Origin: a virus
Taxonomy: Duplodnaviria; Caudoviricetes
Strand: one strand, 5' to 3'
Length of the DNA stretch: 53,923 nt
IMG/VR virus record: IMGVR_UViG_3300009108_000013
Location: 1 to 53,923 of that record
Both the position numbers and the translations under genes were made by a program. Within the stretch, counting starts at the first letter, position 1; each line of letters begins with the position of its first letter. Of this stretch, positions 20,117 through 30,271 are shown piece by piece. The notes under the pieces were generated by a model, which was given only the letters and a program-made list of their open reading frames with translations, had not been told where the DNA came from and ran no database searches.

Positions 20117-20367
20117 TGAACGAAGTTTTCTTTCTAGAACATAAGAATACTCAGATCGAAGTAGATCTAGAACCAGACGACAGGATAAGACTATCCCTAC
20201 GGGACATCGACTTATACCTCACCGCAAGCGAAGCACAACACATCGCAGACATGCTAACCAAAATCTTCCAATGGGATCAAGAAGAAGAACCCTACGAAGT
20301 AGAAGAATTCAAAGGTGAAGGCATCGCTTGGGCCGACGACGAAGACGAACCATCACCGTACTGGTAA
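20116..20367 (+). CDS. Acidic hypothetical protein
   Basis: TAATG-coupled ORF, 83 aa. Confidence 0.65.
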   Translation: MNEVFFLEHKNTQIEVDLEPDDRIRLSLRDIDLYLTASEAQHIADMLTKIFQWDQEEEPYEVEEFKGEGIAWADDEDEPSPYW

Positions 20368-20377
20368 ACGCTGGCGC

Positions 20378-20515
20378 ATGAAAACTTGGTTGGCTATCAT
20401 AGGGATCATCCTATGCGGAGCAATCATCGCCGGGGGAGTCATCGGAGAATGGTGGGCATTCGCCATAATGATCCCAGCAGGCGCAATAGCAGAATGGAAA
20501 TGGGCAGAACGTTGA
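20378..20515 (+). CDS. Small two-helix membrane protein
   Basis: MKTWLAIIGIILCGAII... Confidence 0.55.
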   Translation: MKTWLAIIGIILCGAIIAGGVIGEWWAFAIMIPAGAIAEWKWAER

Positions 20516-20829
20516 ACCCCACGCACAAATACACCAGAGAAATCCTTTACCATTACACATGCGGACAATGCGGACACTGGTGGTCATACGCACACACCGC
20601 ACACAAATACGACATCCACTACCCAAAAATGCTAGAAGAACTCACATGCCCCCACTGCGGCTACCACACGACATGTGAAGAAAAAAGCGGCGCATATCCT
20701 CACCACGAATGGGACCGCTACAGCAGACCCAGAGGAACCACTAGGAGAGACTACAGTAAGGGATGGCAACCGTCTTCTATGGGACCGGACTTACATGTAG
20801 TGGAGGACTTTCTTGAAACGGACCAGTAA
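20494..20829 (+). CDS. Zn-ribbon protein
   Basis: CGQC...CPHC; start uncertain. Confidence 0.6.
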   Translation: MEMGRTLNPTHKYTREILYHYTCGQCGHWWSYAHTAHKYDIHYPKMLEELTCPHCGYHTTCEEKSGAYPHHEWDRYSRPRGTTRRDYSKGWQPSSMGPDLHVVEDFLETDQ

Positions 20830-21950
20830 ACAAGCCAAAGGCTTTCTAAAGAAGCAAACAAAGAAACAACAGAAAGCCAAAACCAAAGCCAACAAAACCA
20901 AACGAGACAACAAACCCAAATGGCCCAACGGCCCCAACAAACGAACCTCCTACCCCCGATGACCACCATTTACCTAGTGTTCCTACTCCTACCAGCACTA
21001 CTCGTCCTACTATCACGATCAATAAAATAACTCACCAAAACCCCCCACTATCACCCACAACCACCCACTAACCTAAAAAACCCCACCAAAAAACAACACA
21101 AAAAAATGCCGCGTGCGTGTGCGTTTTTCTGTGGGGTGTTGCTTTTGTCGTTGTGCGGGTTTTGTTAGGGGCTATCTGTTGTAGTTAGTAGGTCTATCTA
21201 CTGTAGATAGTATATACTATTGCTGCTAGTAGTAGGAGATATCTACTATAGATAGTAGGAGATACTGCCTACTATAAGTAATAAAAACCCCAACCCTTCC
21301 ACCGCATTACATCATTACATGTAACTACCGAGGGGCGTGGTTCTGGATTCTTTTGCACCGCATAGGTCTAGACCTATACTGTCTCCATCCGAGTTATCCA
21401 CACCGCCTTGCAAATCTTTGCAAGTTTTGGAAGGCGGTGTGACATTCCGAGGTGACCACTTCCTTGCTATTACTGCTATCTAGAAAAAGGGTCGAAAACT
21501 TTTTAGGCATACCGTGTGCCGAAACAGTTCTATCTAAACACTACATTTGTAACGCCACCGTAACACCCACCGGGACTTGCTTATACCATGCATGTCTACC
21601 GCAAGTGTTGCACGGCGGGGCTTGTCCTAACATGACAACCGTAACCTCACCATAACAAAAGCGGGGCTTGCCTTTACCAAACACCGCAAGCCGCCCCGCT
21701 TCTTTACCGTAACCGATACCGTCCCGTTTCTTTTACACCGGACGCGTAAAAGCGGGACTACTTTACAATCTCTGCAAAGCAGCCCCGCCTTTACTGTAAC
21801 GAATGGGAGGACCAAGAACCCCACCGGAAGAGAGGAGGAAAACGGTAGGGAACCATTACCTTCTCGTTACGGTGGATATAATGACACCGTTGTAGTATGT
21901 TGTCAACCCTAAATGAAAGTTTCTTTTTCACACCGTGACAGTTCTTTTTG
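20830..21950. other. Large non-coding region, candidate replication origin / insulator
   Basis: A/C-to-G/T skew switch at ~21110, AT-rich TAG/CTA palindromes 21170-21285, repeated ACCGTAAC. Confidence 0.45.
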
Positions 21951-21959
21951 TAGTAGGAT

Positions 21960-22154
21960 TTGCAAATGAGTGATCATACCGAAGCCATCCATCCCAAGAC
22001 TGGGCGTCCGCCGAAGCGTGCCGCTGATGGTTCCTCAATAACTCTTACCGTGCGAATACCTGCCGAAATCAAGAACCAAATGATCGACCGTGCCGAGGAG
22101 TACGACCTCACCGTGACCGAATACTTGATTTCTTTAGTGGAGCGAGATGCCTAG
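21960..22154 (+). CDS. Ribbon-helix-helix DNA-binding protein
   Basis: GRPPK then LTVRIPAEIK...LTVTEYL. Confidence 0.75.
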   Translation: MQMSDHTEAIHPKTGRPPKRAADGSSITLTVRIPAEIKNQMIDRAEEYDLTVTEYLISLVERDA

Positions 22155-22509
22155 CGGCAGGAAACCCAAGCATTACCCGGACGACGCCACCGTAGACTTC
22201 CGAATAAACTTACCGGGAAGGGTTCGCAACATGATTGCGGACCATGTGATGTCCTTACCGAACACCAACATGAACGAATGGTGCGGGATTGTGCTGCGGC
22301 AGGCTGTTGAAGAAGCCCGAGGCTTACCGACGCCACCTCCTCCGGCGGCTCCGATTCCAAGAAAGGTCGATATTTTAAGAGAGTACCTTACCGGCGAGAC
22401 TATTCTTGAACCGTGCGGTCAACCGTACCCTTGTCAAAGAGAACGAAACGACTCCGAGTTCCATGGTTCCATTGAGTTCTGCGGATATTGCCGCATCATG
22501 GTTTCATAG
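22147..22509 (+). CDS. RHH-like protein with C-terminal Cys cluster
   Basis: FRINLP...MNEW; PCG..C..CxxC. Confidence 0.65.
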   Translation: MPSGRKPKHYPDDATVDFRINLPGRVRNMIADHVMSLPNTNMNEWCGIVLRQAVEEARGLPTPPPPAAPIPRKVDILREYLTGETILEPCGQPYPCQRERNDSEFHGSIEFCGYCRIMVS

Positions 22510-22596
22510 AACCCGAAGCCGTCCCGTTTCTTTACAATGTTCCTTAAAGAAACACTGGCTTTGTCTTCGGTTTTCGCAGACCTAAACGGTTGTAAC

Positions 22597-23031
22597 TTAG
22601 TCCACTTTGCGAATGACTTCAAGCACCTGATCGAACTCTTCGCGAAGTCCGGGTGCATTGGCAATCATGATGCCTTCTGTCATTGTTGACTTTAGAAGGT
22701 CAAGGATTAGATCACCGTTGTCGTTGATGTGTTCTGCAAACCAGTCCAACGGATCTGATTCCCGTGACATCTGTGCGGCGGTCTTTGCGATTAGGTTCAA
22801 CAAAGGCACCGCAGCGATTTGTCCCAACGTTGTTTGATGGGACATCTCTGATGGTTCCTCACTGATCTGCATCTCACCGTCGTCCGGGTTGGCGTACATG
22901 GGTGTTTCCATCCACTTGCTTACCAGCCGTTCGATCCGGTCAGTTGTTACATCGAACATTGCCTCTTCTTTTTCTAACGAGTCAAGTCCCTGTAACTCCT
23001 TGTTCCAGTCTACGTTTACATTATCTTCCAT
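22597..23031 (-). CDS. Hypothetical protein
   Basis: AAAGGAG SD before ATG 23031. Confidence 0.65.
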   Translation of the reverse strand: MEDNVNVDWNKELQGLDSLEKEEAMFDVTTDRIERLVSKWMETPMYANPDDGEMQISEEPSEMSHQTTLGQIAAVPLLNLIAKTAAQMSRESDPLDWFAEHINDNGDLILDLLKSTMTEGIMIANAPGLREEFDQVLEVIRKVD

Positions 23032-23161
23032 TATGCGCGCTCCTTTCGATAGATTACACGCTAAAGAGGGGGGCGGGCGGCAGTGCCGAAGCACATACCG
23101 CCCGCCGGGTACGGGGATTAGTCGGAAGGAGACAAGAGAAAACAACTAACCCCGGTACCGA

Positions 23162-23557
23162 TCATGATCCTACACCTACCATTGGGATTTCCCAAGCAAG
23201 TTGTAGGTCATCTGGGTCTATTGGCCCGTCGTAACACCACGATTCCGTGCCCTCTGGGAAGAAGGCATGGGAATGATCAGTAGATTCGCGGAGGAGTTCT
23301 GGGTCTAGATCGTCGGTGTCTACCGAAAATACGAAGATCTTGTCATGGTTGACCATCTTCGGGAAGGTTTCTATCTTCCCGTCGATTTCAACCTCTTCGT
23401 ATCCGTCGAACTCTCCGCCCCTGATCGCCACAAACGTGGCTGCGTGCGCGGGCAACGGCCCAGCAAGGTAGACGCAGCCGTCGATTCCGGGCTGTAGCCC
23501 TTCCTCCATGATCTGGTCAACCTTGCTAGGCCATGTTGCGTGAAAGATCTCAGCCAT
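23162..23557 (-). CDS. Putative ADP-ribosyltransferase-fold (Tpt1/KptA-like) protein
   Basis: FHAT...IMEEGL.P...VYLA and terminal GPI.P motifs. Confidence 0.55.
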   Translation of the reverse strand: MAEIFHATWPSKVDQIMEEGLQPGIDGCVYLAGPLPAHAATFVAIRGGEFDGYEEVEIDGKIETFPKMVNHDKIFVFSVDTDDLDPELLRESTDHSHAFFPEGTESWCYDGPIDPDDLQLAWEIPMVGVGS

Positions 23558-23942
23558 CGTTGATCTCTAGGTCTGCGTCGGGATAGTTCTCAGCCACCCA
23601 ATCAACCCACTGCGCCCCTGTCAGGGTGCCCATCGTGTTTACCACGGTGGGATGGTTGACGGATAGTCCGTGATCCTCGTCCCAAAAGACCTGCGGGATC
23701 GGATGCTCGTTGTCGTCCGGTGCTTTGACACAAATGCCAAACCCAGTCGTCGTTCGATCATCCTGCTGCAACTCGTTCAACGCAATGCGCGTGAAGTAAC
23801 TGGGGTCGGAACACCGCATCCCAGCCTTCTTGATCGCACGCGCCAACGCGATGTTGACGGAAGACCCACGCCAATGCGTGTATAGATACACACTGTCGCA
23901 GTTCTTCATCTGCTTGATCTCTATGTTTCCGCGGTCACCCAT
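23550..23942 (-). CDS. Conserved phage hypothetical protein
   Basis: MGDR...VYLYTHW.G pattern. Confidence 0.7.
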   Translation of the reverse strand: MGDRGNIEIKQMKNCDSVYLYTHWRGSSVNIALARAIKKAGMRCSDPSYFTRIALNELQQDDRTTTGFGICVKAPDDNEHPIPQVFWDEDHGLSVNHPTVVNTMGTLTGAQWVDWVAENYPDADLEINDG

Positions 23943-24073
23943 CAGGTAACCGCCTTGTCTTTGGCGAGTTCCTTCTTCAACTCGTCCTTCAGTTCTTTCT
24001 CGGTCTTCTCCCGAATCTCCGTGCCTGAAAACACGAAGGTGGTGAAGCCGTCATCTTTGTTTACTTTTGGCAT
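23942..24073 (-). CDS. Small charged protein (43 aa)
   Basis: AGGAG SD; MPKVNKDDGFTTFVFSG...; TGATG coupling. Confidence 0.6.
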   Translation of the reverse strand: MPKVNKDDGFTTFVFSGTEIREKTEKELKDELKKELAKDKAVT

Positions 24074-24229
24074 TTCTCTCTCCTATTCGTTTATCGCCGC
24101 CTGTTGGCGGCAAGTGGATGGGGGGCCGAAGCCCCCCGATCAATCACCAGCGCTTTTTGCGCCGCTTCTTTTTTGGACCCTTCAGAACCTTTTTGACTCC
24201 GAAGAATGCACCTCTCGCTTTGAAGTCCA

Positions 24230-24484
24230 TCAGTTTGGTAGCCCTCCCTTCAGGTTGGCTACTAGGAACTGACCCATCTGGTCGGCCAGTTCAGCCTTCG
24301 CCTCAACATACTCAGTCCACGCCAACGTCCCGAAGGACTCGTCGCTGATCTCGTCTGTCTGGTCGGATAGATCCTTCCATTCAGACATCCACATGCCAAG
24401 GCTTCCGCAAAAGTCTCCATGGTCGGGGACGATCACTGTGCTATTGGTGATGCTTATGGTGTCGTTCATGGTTACCAGCCCCAT
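24230..24484 (-). CDS. Hypothetical protein
   Basis: 84-aa ORF; true start may be ATG 24469. Confidence 0.6.
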   Translation of the reverse strand: MGLVTMNDTISITNSTVIVPDHGDFCGSLGMWMSEWKDLSDQTDEISDESFGTLAWTEYVEAKAELADQMGQFLVANLKGGLPN

Positions 24485-24639
24485 CCGCTCTTGACACCAA
24501 AGGCTTCTGCTAGTTGGTAGAGATCTGCGTGCAGATCCCCGTCTATGTTCAGGAAGTTCAGCCCTTCTGTTAGCGCACTGGCTTCCGCGTTGTTTAGTAC
24601 GATAACGGTTATATCGCTACCGCTTGTTACTTCAGCCAT
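24472..24639 (-). CDS. Hypothetical protein (55 aa)
   Basis: AAGGAG SD; own promoter at 24678-24706. Confidence 0.65.
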   Translation of the reverse strand: MAEVTSGSDITVIVLNNAEASALTEGLNFLNIDGDLHADLYQLAEAFGVKSGWGW

Positions 24640-24747
24640 AGTTAGTCTCCTTTGGCTAGTTATGTTTACATGTACCAGTATAGCACATGTCAGCCCTTCT
24701 GTCAAGTCGGGCAAGTGGGGAGTGGGGGGCTTTCGCCCCCCACCCAA

Positions 24748-26244
24748 TCAGACCAGTTTGGTTCCGGTCTGGTTCTCGTAGGTCCGCCTGAACCATGCAG
24801 GCCACCACTGCTTGACAGGCTTCCCTGTCGCCAAGTCGTGGAGAAGTTCGACGGCATCCGAAACCTCGTTTCGGATAAGCACCTTCGACTTCTGGACAGT
24901 CTTGATGCACTGCATCGCCAACTGATCCCTGTAGCCCTGACCCGGACCAAGCACCCCGCCATCAGTCACCCACACGACTGGTGCGTTCCTGCGCTGCTTC
25001 TGCTGCACAGCCCACACCAATGCGGGATGATCGACACCGTTGCCTCCGCGAGACTCTGGAATCGCTGTGGTCATCCGACCACGCTCTCCCAAAATCCAGC
25101 AGTTCGCTTTGCCGTCCCTGTCAAAGTCGTTGGTTGTGTAGCACGCTACGGTGCAACCGGGGGCTGCATCCATAATGTCCAACACATCCTTCTCTGACAA
25201 AGCCATTGAGCCTGAGTAGTCGATAAGCACGACACCTCCATTGCCCTTGACCTTCCGATCAAAAATCCGCTTCTGCGGATCGGTGAACATCCGGCCAACA
25301 CGACGCGGGTTGCGACCCATGTTGGATGCGATTCGACGCTTCCCCAGTCCACCCGGAACGTGCCGGGTGAGGTTCTGCTTCTTCACATTCAACTGTGACC
25401 AAGACCCAGCCTCGTCGCTGCGAACAGGCTTCTGGTTCTCCAAGTCTTCTTTGGAGATAGGTGCCTCTTCTTCGGAGTCCGTATCGACCTCGCCAGCACC
25501 ACCCTCGTCGCCACCTTCTTCGGTGTCGCCTGCTGTGGTATCGCCTTCGGTCTTCTCGTCCTCGTCAGTTTCGGGGTTGGCCAGTCGGTCAAGCCACTCT
25601 CCGATGGATTCTGTATGAAAGAATCCTTCGATAAGTTCGTTGGCCGGGTCAAGCCTGCCAGAACTAGTCATTGTCGAACACAAACTCGTGTGGTTCGTGC
25701 GTGACAGTTGACGCAGTTCCTTTTGAAGCAACTGATGGATACGACGGAGTCGTGGTCCCCATCCCGGTCGGTGTCGCCTGATGCCTACGAGGTACTTGTT
25801 CAAGCCCCCACAGCCAGAAACACTGGCCGTGAAGTAAACAGCCTCTGCCCAGTCGCCGCGTTCCGCGATGCGCTCGCCTGCATTCATCTCTGTGCCATCC
25901 TCAAGAATGTCCAGATCGAATCCAGCCTTGCTCACTAGGAAGTTCACACGGGCTTCCTCCGCACAGATCATGGCCCGGTCGGAGCAAATGCCCCTGTTGA
26001 CCCATACCGACCTGTCGCCGGGTGAAACCTTTGCGTGCATCATCTCATGCGCCCTGATGACACGGTCCAGTTCAAAGTCTTGAACAGGCACGATCATCGT
26101 GCGAGGTAGCACACCCGTTCGGGGTAGGCCACGCTCCGCGGCGCATGGGTGAATCTCCCACTCCGCAGGTTCGTCATTGGCTCCATCCCTACGCCTGATT
26201 AGTTCAGGCATGGGGCGTAGATCCTTATGTTCTATAGTTTCCAT
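24748..26244 (-). CDS. MoxR-associated metallopeptidase-like/VWA domain protein
   Basis: HEMMH (HExxH), acidic linker, MIDAS DYSGSM...TDG; adjacent to AAA ATPase. Confidence 0.8.
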   Translation of the reverse strand: METIEHKDLRPMPELIRRRDGANDEPAEWEIHPCAAERGLPRTGVLPRTMIVPVQDFELDRVIRAHEMMHAKVSPGDRSVWVNRGICSDRAMICAEEARVNFLVSKAGFDLDILEDGTEMNAGERIAERGDWAEAVYFTASVSGCGGLNKYLVGIRRHRPGWGPRLRRIHQLLQKELRQLSRTNHTSLCSTMTSSGRLDPANELIEGFFHTESIGEWLDRLANPETDEDEKTEGDTTAGDTEEGGDEGGAGEVDTDSEEEAPISKEDLENQKPVRSDEAGSWSQLNVKKQNLTRHVPGGLGKRRIASNMGRNPRRVGRMFTDPQKRIFDRKVKGNGGVVLIDYSGSMALSEKDVLDIMDAAPGCTVACYTTNDFDRDGKANCWILGERGRMTTAIPESRGGNGVDHPALVWAVQQKQRRNAPVVWVTDGGVLGPGQGYRDQLAMQCIKTVQKSKVLIRNEVSDAVELLHDLATGKPVKQWWPAWFRRTYENQTGTKLV

Positions 26245-26366
26245 CTCGTCTCCTAACGTGATTGGTTACTTGCTTACTTGCTTTGCATAGCCTATCACAT
26301 GGGTGTGACAGGCAAGTGTGGGCGAGGGTTGGGGGTGCCGAAGCACCCACCAACCACTCGCTGGGA

Positions 26367-27092
26367 TCAGGAAGCCGATCCGACCGTGTCAACCTTGACA
26401 GCGTCAAGGAAGGCTTCTGCCCGTGATCCGAAGATCAGTTTGGCAGCACGCTCGTCGCCGTGGCTCCGCGCCAACTGTCCGTAGGCGTAGAACTGGCGAA
26501 GGCTAATCCGGCGATCACCCGCGTCGGCCATCTTTCGGGCGTATTCCCGAATGCTGGTCGGCAGGTTCAACAACGCATTGGGATGCGGTTCGTTGATACG
26601 AATCGCACACGGGAAACGGTCCTTCAAAGCAGAAGGCAGTTCCTCCATGTTCTCAATGTTCGTTGTCATGATAACGCTGAACCCGTCCTTAGGCGTTTCC
26701 ACCCGGCCAGTCGCGGGGTTCTCCCACTTAGCCGAATCGACGGTATCCGTCATGGCAAGCAAGGTTGCGAATACATCGCCACCTGCCTTGTCAATCTCGT
26801 CTACGACGAGCCTGCCACCCCGGATGCCGTTTCCACGCCATGCCTTGATAGCCGATCCATCGTTCCAGTCGAATGACCCGTCCTGACCGGGGAGGAAGCC
26901 TCCCGTTACGTCAAAGTTAGTCATGTCTTCTGTGCAGACGAGACGCCACGAACCGGAGTCCGTATCGCCCATGTTGAGTCCGGCGAATGTCTTGCCGGTC
27001 CCCGGTGGGCCGAACAGGATGATCCTGTCGATCCCTGCTGCCAGAACATCGTTGTAGTCCTGCCAGCACTGGGGTAGGTTTTCGTTTGTCAT
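26367..27092 (-). CDS. MoxR/CbbQ-type AAA+ ATPase
   Basis: GPPGTGKT, LVVDEID, TTN, ALKDRF; AGGAG SD. Confidence 0.88.
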   Translation of the reverse strand: MTNENLPQCWQDYNDVLAAGIDRIILFGPPGTGKTFAGLNMGDTDSGSWRLVCTEDMTNFDVTGGFLPGQDGSFDWNDGSAIKAWRGNGIRGGRLVVDEIDKAGGDVFATLLAMTDTVDSAKWENPATGRVETPKDGFSVIMTTNIENMEELPSALKDRFPCAIRINEPHPNALLNLPTSIREYARKMADAGDRRISLRQFYAYGQLARSHGDERAAKLIFGSRAEAFLDAVKVDTVGSAS

Positions 27093-27234
27093 AGTATGTC
27101 TCCTATGAGTTGTTGGTTGGTACATATGCAGTATAGCACATGCGTGTGACGCTGTCAAGTCGGCAGCATCAGCACAAGTGGAGTCACCCCCGACTTGCTA
27201 GAAACAAGTCTAGCAGCCGGGTGTGACAGTCGGA

Positions 27235-27468
27235 TCAGACTCGCTCCAACGTGTCCATGTCAACGATTCTCTCGCTGGTATGAACTCCGTTGCGAATCTC
27301 GCCGCGACCGTTGCTCTCCTGAAACGTGAGGTTGGTGTAGATGACGATCTGGCCGTCATTGTCCTCACCGAACTCAACGAAGTCCATGAGTTGGCGCAAT
27401 GCCTGCCCCACGCTGGTGAACTGGTGATAGTCAAGCCACGATCCCTCGTTGCTCTTTCCGTCGTACAT
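27235..27468 (-). CDS. Hypothetical protein (GQIVIYT family)
   Basis: AAGGAG SD; shares a motif with 29286..29579. Confidence 0.7.
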   Translation of the reverse strand: MYDGKSNEGSWLDYHQFTSVGQALRQLMDFVEFGEDNDGQIVIYTNLTFQESNGRGEIRNGVHTSERIVDMDTLERV

Positions 27469-27585
27469 GTCTCTCTCCTTGTAGTTGGTATGCCCCTAGT
27501 GTAGCAGGGGGGTGTGACAGCGGGGACCGTAGGGTAACGGGTGTCCCCCGCCATCACAGAACAAGTATACTACGGGGGTGTGACA

Positions 27586-27601
27586 TCGAACAGGTGTTCG
27601 A
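27586..27601. promoter_or_regulatory. LexA (SOS) box
   Basis: TCGAAC-AGGT-GTTCGA, perfect actinobacterial consensus. Confidence 0.7.
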
Positions 27602-27665
27602 CTCTCCATCACCGCAGTCACCTAGTATACCACACTTCAAGACGCTTGTCAAGTTTACAGCAACG

Positions 27666-27872
27666 TTACGTTTGTAACTTGTTCGTAACATTACGATAGG
27701 CCACCGCATAAGGTGCGCCGGGGCTACCGCATAACCAGCAAGTCAAACTAGATTTAGCCAACCAAGTTACATCGCAAGCATCGCACCCAATGACCGGAGG
27801 CGCGCCCGTCCCGTTGCTTATCTCTAACATGTCGACAACCGGCGGGGCTTTTTTACCTTTGATGAGCCACAT
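27666..27872 (-). CDS. Small Zn-ribbon protein
   Basis: CDAC...CWLC. Confidence 0.55.
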   Translation of the reverse strand: MWLIKGKKAPPVVDMLEISNGTGAPPVIGCDACDVTWLAKSSLTCWLCGSPGAPYAVAYRNVTNKLQT

Positions 27873-27955
27873 AGCCCCGTAGTTCTAACACGGGGCGGGG
27901 CTACACCGGAGAAGGCTTTCGGTATACGGTAATCTGAAGCCTTACTCTTTACCGC

Positions 27956-28213
27956 TTACCAGATTTCGTCGTTTTTTGCAGCGGGAGTTGTCTCCGGCGG
28001 CAGGCTTCCATTGGAAGAAACTCCACCGAAATCAAGTTTGCCTGAAGTAACCCACCGTTCACCTTTACCATGAACCGGAGTTACACAAAGATCTATCCGA
28101 CCGAAGTGCGTCTTTACATTTACAACCGTGATCTCAATAGTCAAACCATCGGTTGTTTCGTATTCGGCCTTCTTTCCCACATACTCGTCAATCAAATCTT
28201 CTACCGTTGGCAT
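27956..28213 (-). CDS. Hypothetical protein
   Basis: GGAG SD, 85 aa. Confidence 0.7.
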   Translation of the reverse strand: MPTVEDLIDEYVGKKAEYETTDGLTIEITVVNVKTHFGRIDLCVTPVHGKGERWVTSGKLDFGGVSSNGSLPPETTPAAKNDEIW

Positions 28214-28225
28214 CTCGCCTCTCCT

Positions 28226-28432
28226 TTACACGTCCGCAGAAAGAACAAGAAGTTCCCAGACCTGATCCATTTCTTCAGGTGTGTCGTACTTCAGAGTGTC
28301 CACGAATCCTTGGCTTTCACATAGGATGGTCAGAACGTCCCGATGCTTTTGGTAACAACCCAGTTCGCCGTTGAAGATTTCATCAGCGGGGCTGTGCCAG
28401 AGTTGCTTGGTTTCTTCGGCGTCGAACTCCAT
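28226..28432 (-). CDS. Hypothetical protein
   Basis: 68-aa acidic ORF. Confidence 0.65.
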   Translation of the reverse strand: MEFDAEETKQLWHSPADEIFNGELGCYQKHRDVLTILCESQGFVDTLKYDTPEEMDQVWELLVLSADV

Positions 28433-28482
28433 CTGCTACCTATTGTAGCAAGCGGAAGCGGGGGGCGCAAGCCCCCCGTCCG

Positions 28483-28749
28483 TTACCGCTTCGCCGGGTC
28501 GATCTTGCTATCCGGCATCGGGATGTGAGACTCGCTTACCCAGTCTCCCCATTCCTCGTAGGTCATGCCCACCGTTCCAAGGTGAAGATCGTCGTAGACC
28601 ATTCCGTCTACCTGAACTACCCGAAGTCCAAATACGTCGAAGATAATACCTTCCCCGGTGATGGTGACCGTCATGTTCCGGCCATCGCCAAGGTCAATGT
28701 CCATTCGACTGTCGGTTGCGGACTTGGTTTCTGTGTAGATAATGCTCAT
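28483..28749 (-). CDS. Hypothetical protein
   Basis: ATGA-coupled; followed by a hairpin. Confidence 0.7.
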   Translation of the reverse strand: MSIIYTETKSATDSRMDIDLGDGRNMTVTITGEGIIFDVFGLRVVQVDGMVYDDLHLGTVGMTYEEWGDWVSESHIPMPDSKIDPAKR

Positions 28750-29096
28750 CGGGCTTCCCTTCCACGAACCGGACTGAACGCCGGGGACATTACGTCCTCA
28801 GGATCGTAGTTGTCCTTCGTGATCTCGTAGCCCTGCAACGTGTAGAAGTCCAGCCATGTGGACTCGCACACATTACAATGAACCGTGTAGCAACCGCTGG
28901 GGCCGTCGAAACTTTCGTCGTCCGCGGTAATGTCGTCAGCCTTGCATACAGGACAGAAGTCCGCGCATCCAAGGTACTCACGATTGTAGTTACGACGCCG
29001 TTGGTTGGCGAGTTCGTCTTGCCTTTTCCAATCTTTTTCACGCGCTTCGGCTCTCGCCTGCGCTTCCAAGATCAGATTGGCTTGGTGAATGCTCAT
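28746..29096 (-). CDS. Zn-ribbon protein
   Basis: CPVC...CNVC; AAGGAG SD. Confidence 0.7.
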   Translation of the reverse strand: MSIHQANLILEAQARAEAREKDWKRQDELANQRRRNYNREYLGCADFCPVCKADDITADDESFDGPSGCYTVHCNVCESTWLDFYTLQGYEITKDNYDPEDVMSPAFSPVRGREAR

Positions 29097-29120
29097 TGTT
29101 GTCTCCTTGTTAGTTGTAAA

Positions 29121-29231
29121 GGGGGGCAACCCATAGGACCACGATGCCTGAGTAAGTCGAAACTGCTCAGTTTGCGTGTCGTAAACACTCGCTGTTGCCA
29201 GCGAGATAACTCTAACCCTATGGGCTACCCC
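29121..29231 (-). ncRNA. Structured RNA element (multi-branch, closed by 15-bp stem)
   Basis: GGGGUAGCCCAUAGG pairs with CCUAUGGGUUGCCCC; three internal hairpins including a GCAA tetraloop. Confidence 0.55.
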
Positions 29232-29285
29232 AAGTGGATGACGGCGGGGGGGAGAAAGGACAAGAAACGCCCCCCCGCCATCAAA

Positions 29286-29579
29286 TCAAACGCTCAGTTC
29301 GACCTCTACGAACGACTGAATGGCTTCCGCCTGCTCGTCGGTCATGTTGTGATCGCGCCAGACCAAGACGGTCTTGCTCACGCCGGGAATGTAGGCTTCT
29401 GGATCAGCACCGGGGTTCCCGAAGTTCCCGTACTCAAACTCTCCAGTTTCCTTGTTGATGCGTGCCCCTGTGTAAAGCACGATCTGGCCTAGTTCGTCAA
29501 TGACGAACCCTGCCGTGCAAATCTCATCGCCCCATCCTTCGAGGAAGTCGTGAATGTCAATGTCCTTGATAAAGTCCAT
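29286..29579 (-). CDS. Hypothetical protein (GQIVLYT family)
   Basis: Own promoter at 29611-29639. Confidence 0.7.
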   Translation of the reverse strand: MDFIKDIDIHDFLEGWGDEICTAGFVIDELGQIVLYTGARINKETGEFEYGNFGNPGADPEAYIPGVSKTVLVWRDHNMTDEQAEAIQSFVEVELSV

Positions 29580-29742
29580 GTCTTGTCTTTCTACTAGTTG
29601 GTATGCTATTAGTATAGCACACGGGTATGATACTTGTCAAATGGTGGACCGGGGACTGCCGGAACGCGCTAACGCTCCTGTCCTGTTCCCCGACCCACCA
29701 AGCGGACAGCCGGGGAGGGACCGAAGTCCCTCCCCGACCGGA

Positions 29743-30153
29743 TCAGACGATCTTGACCGCTGGCTTGCGGTCCTTGAACGAGATCGTGCTGGCGACAGCA
29801 CCCTCGTCCAGTCGTCCTGCTTCGACCTCCGCGTCGAACCGGGTAGCCACGACCGAAGTCTTAGCAATCCGATCAAACACATCGGTCGGGAGGATGGCCC
29901 GAATCGCATCGGTGTCGATCTCTCGCACCTGCGAATGGACGACCTGAACAGTCCGTCCGTCCGACAGAACAACCTCGTCCTCACCCAAGGCAAGAAACGC
30001 GTTCTCAGCCTCACGGTAGGCGTCGGAAGCCTCCTTGACCATCGCCTTTAGGTCAGCGACCTGCTGGGCAACAGTCTGGACGGCGGTGGCTGCCATAGCC
30101 GTTGCCATCTTCCTTGCGGTGCCGATGCCCGCTACGGCGGTAGTAGTATCCAC
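29743..30153 (-). CDS. Hypothetical protein
   Basis: AGGAG SD, GTG start, 136 aa. Confidence 0.7.
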   Translation of the reverse strand: MDTTTAVAGIGTARKMATAMAATAVQTVAQQVADLKAMVKEASDAYREAENAFLALGEDEVVLSDGRTVQVVHSQVREIDTDAIRAILPTDVFDRIAKTSVVATRFDAEVEAGRLDEGAVASTISFKDRKPAVKIV

Positions 30154-30271
30154 GCTAGTCTCCTATGTGGGTCTGATCAGCGGATGGGCTTTCCATCCAC
30201 TAAGTGATAGTCTAGCATGGGGGTGTGACAGTCGTTCTGCCACGACCCCCTTGCCGACTCCCTGTATGTTA

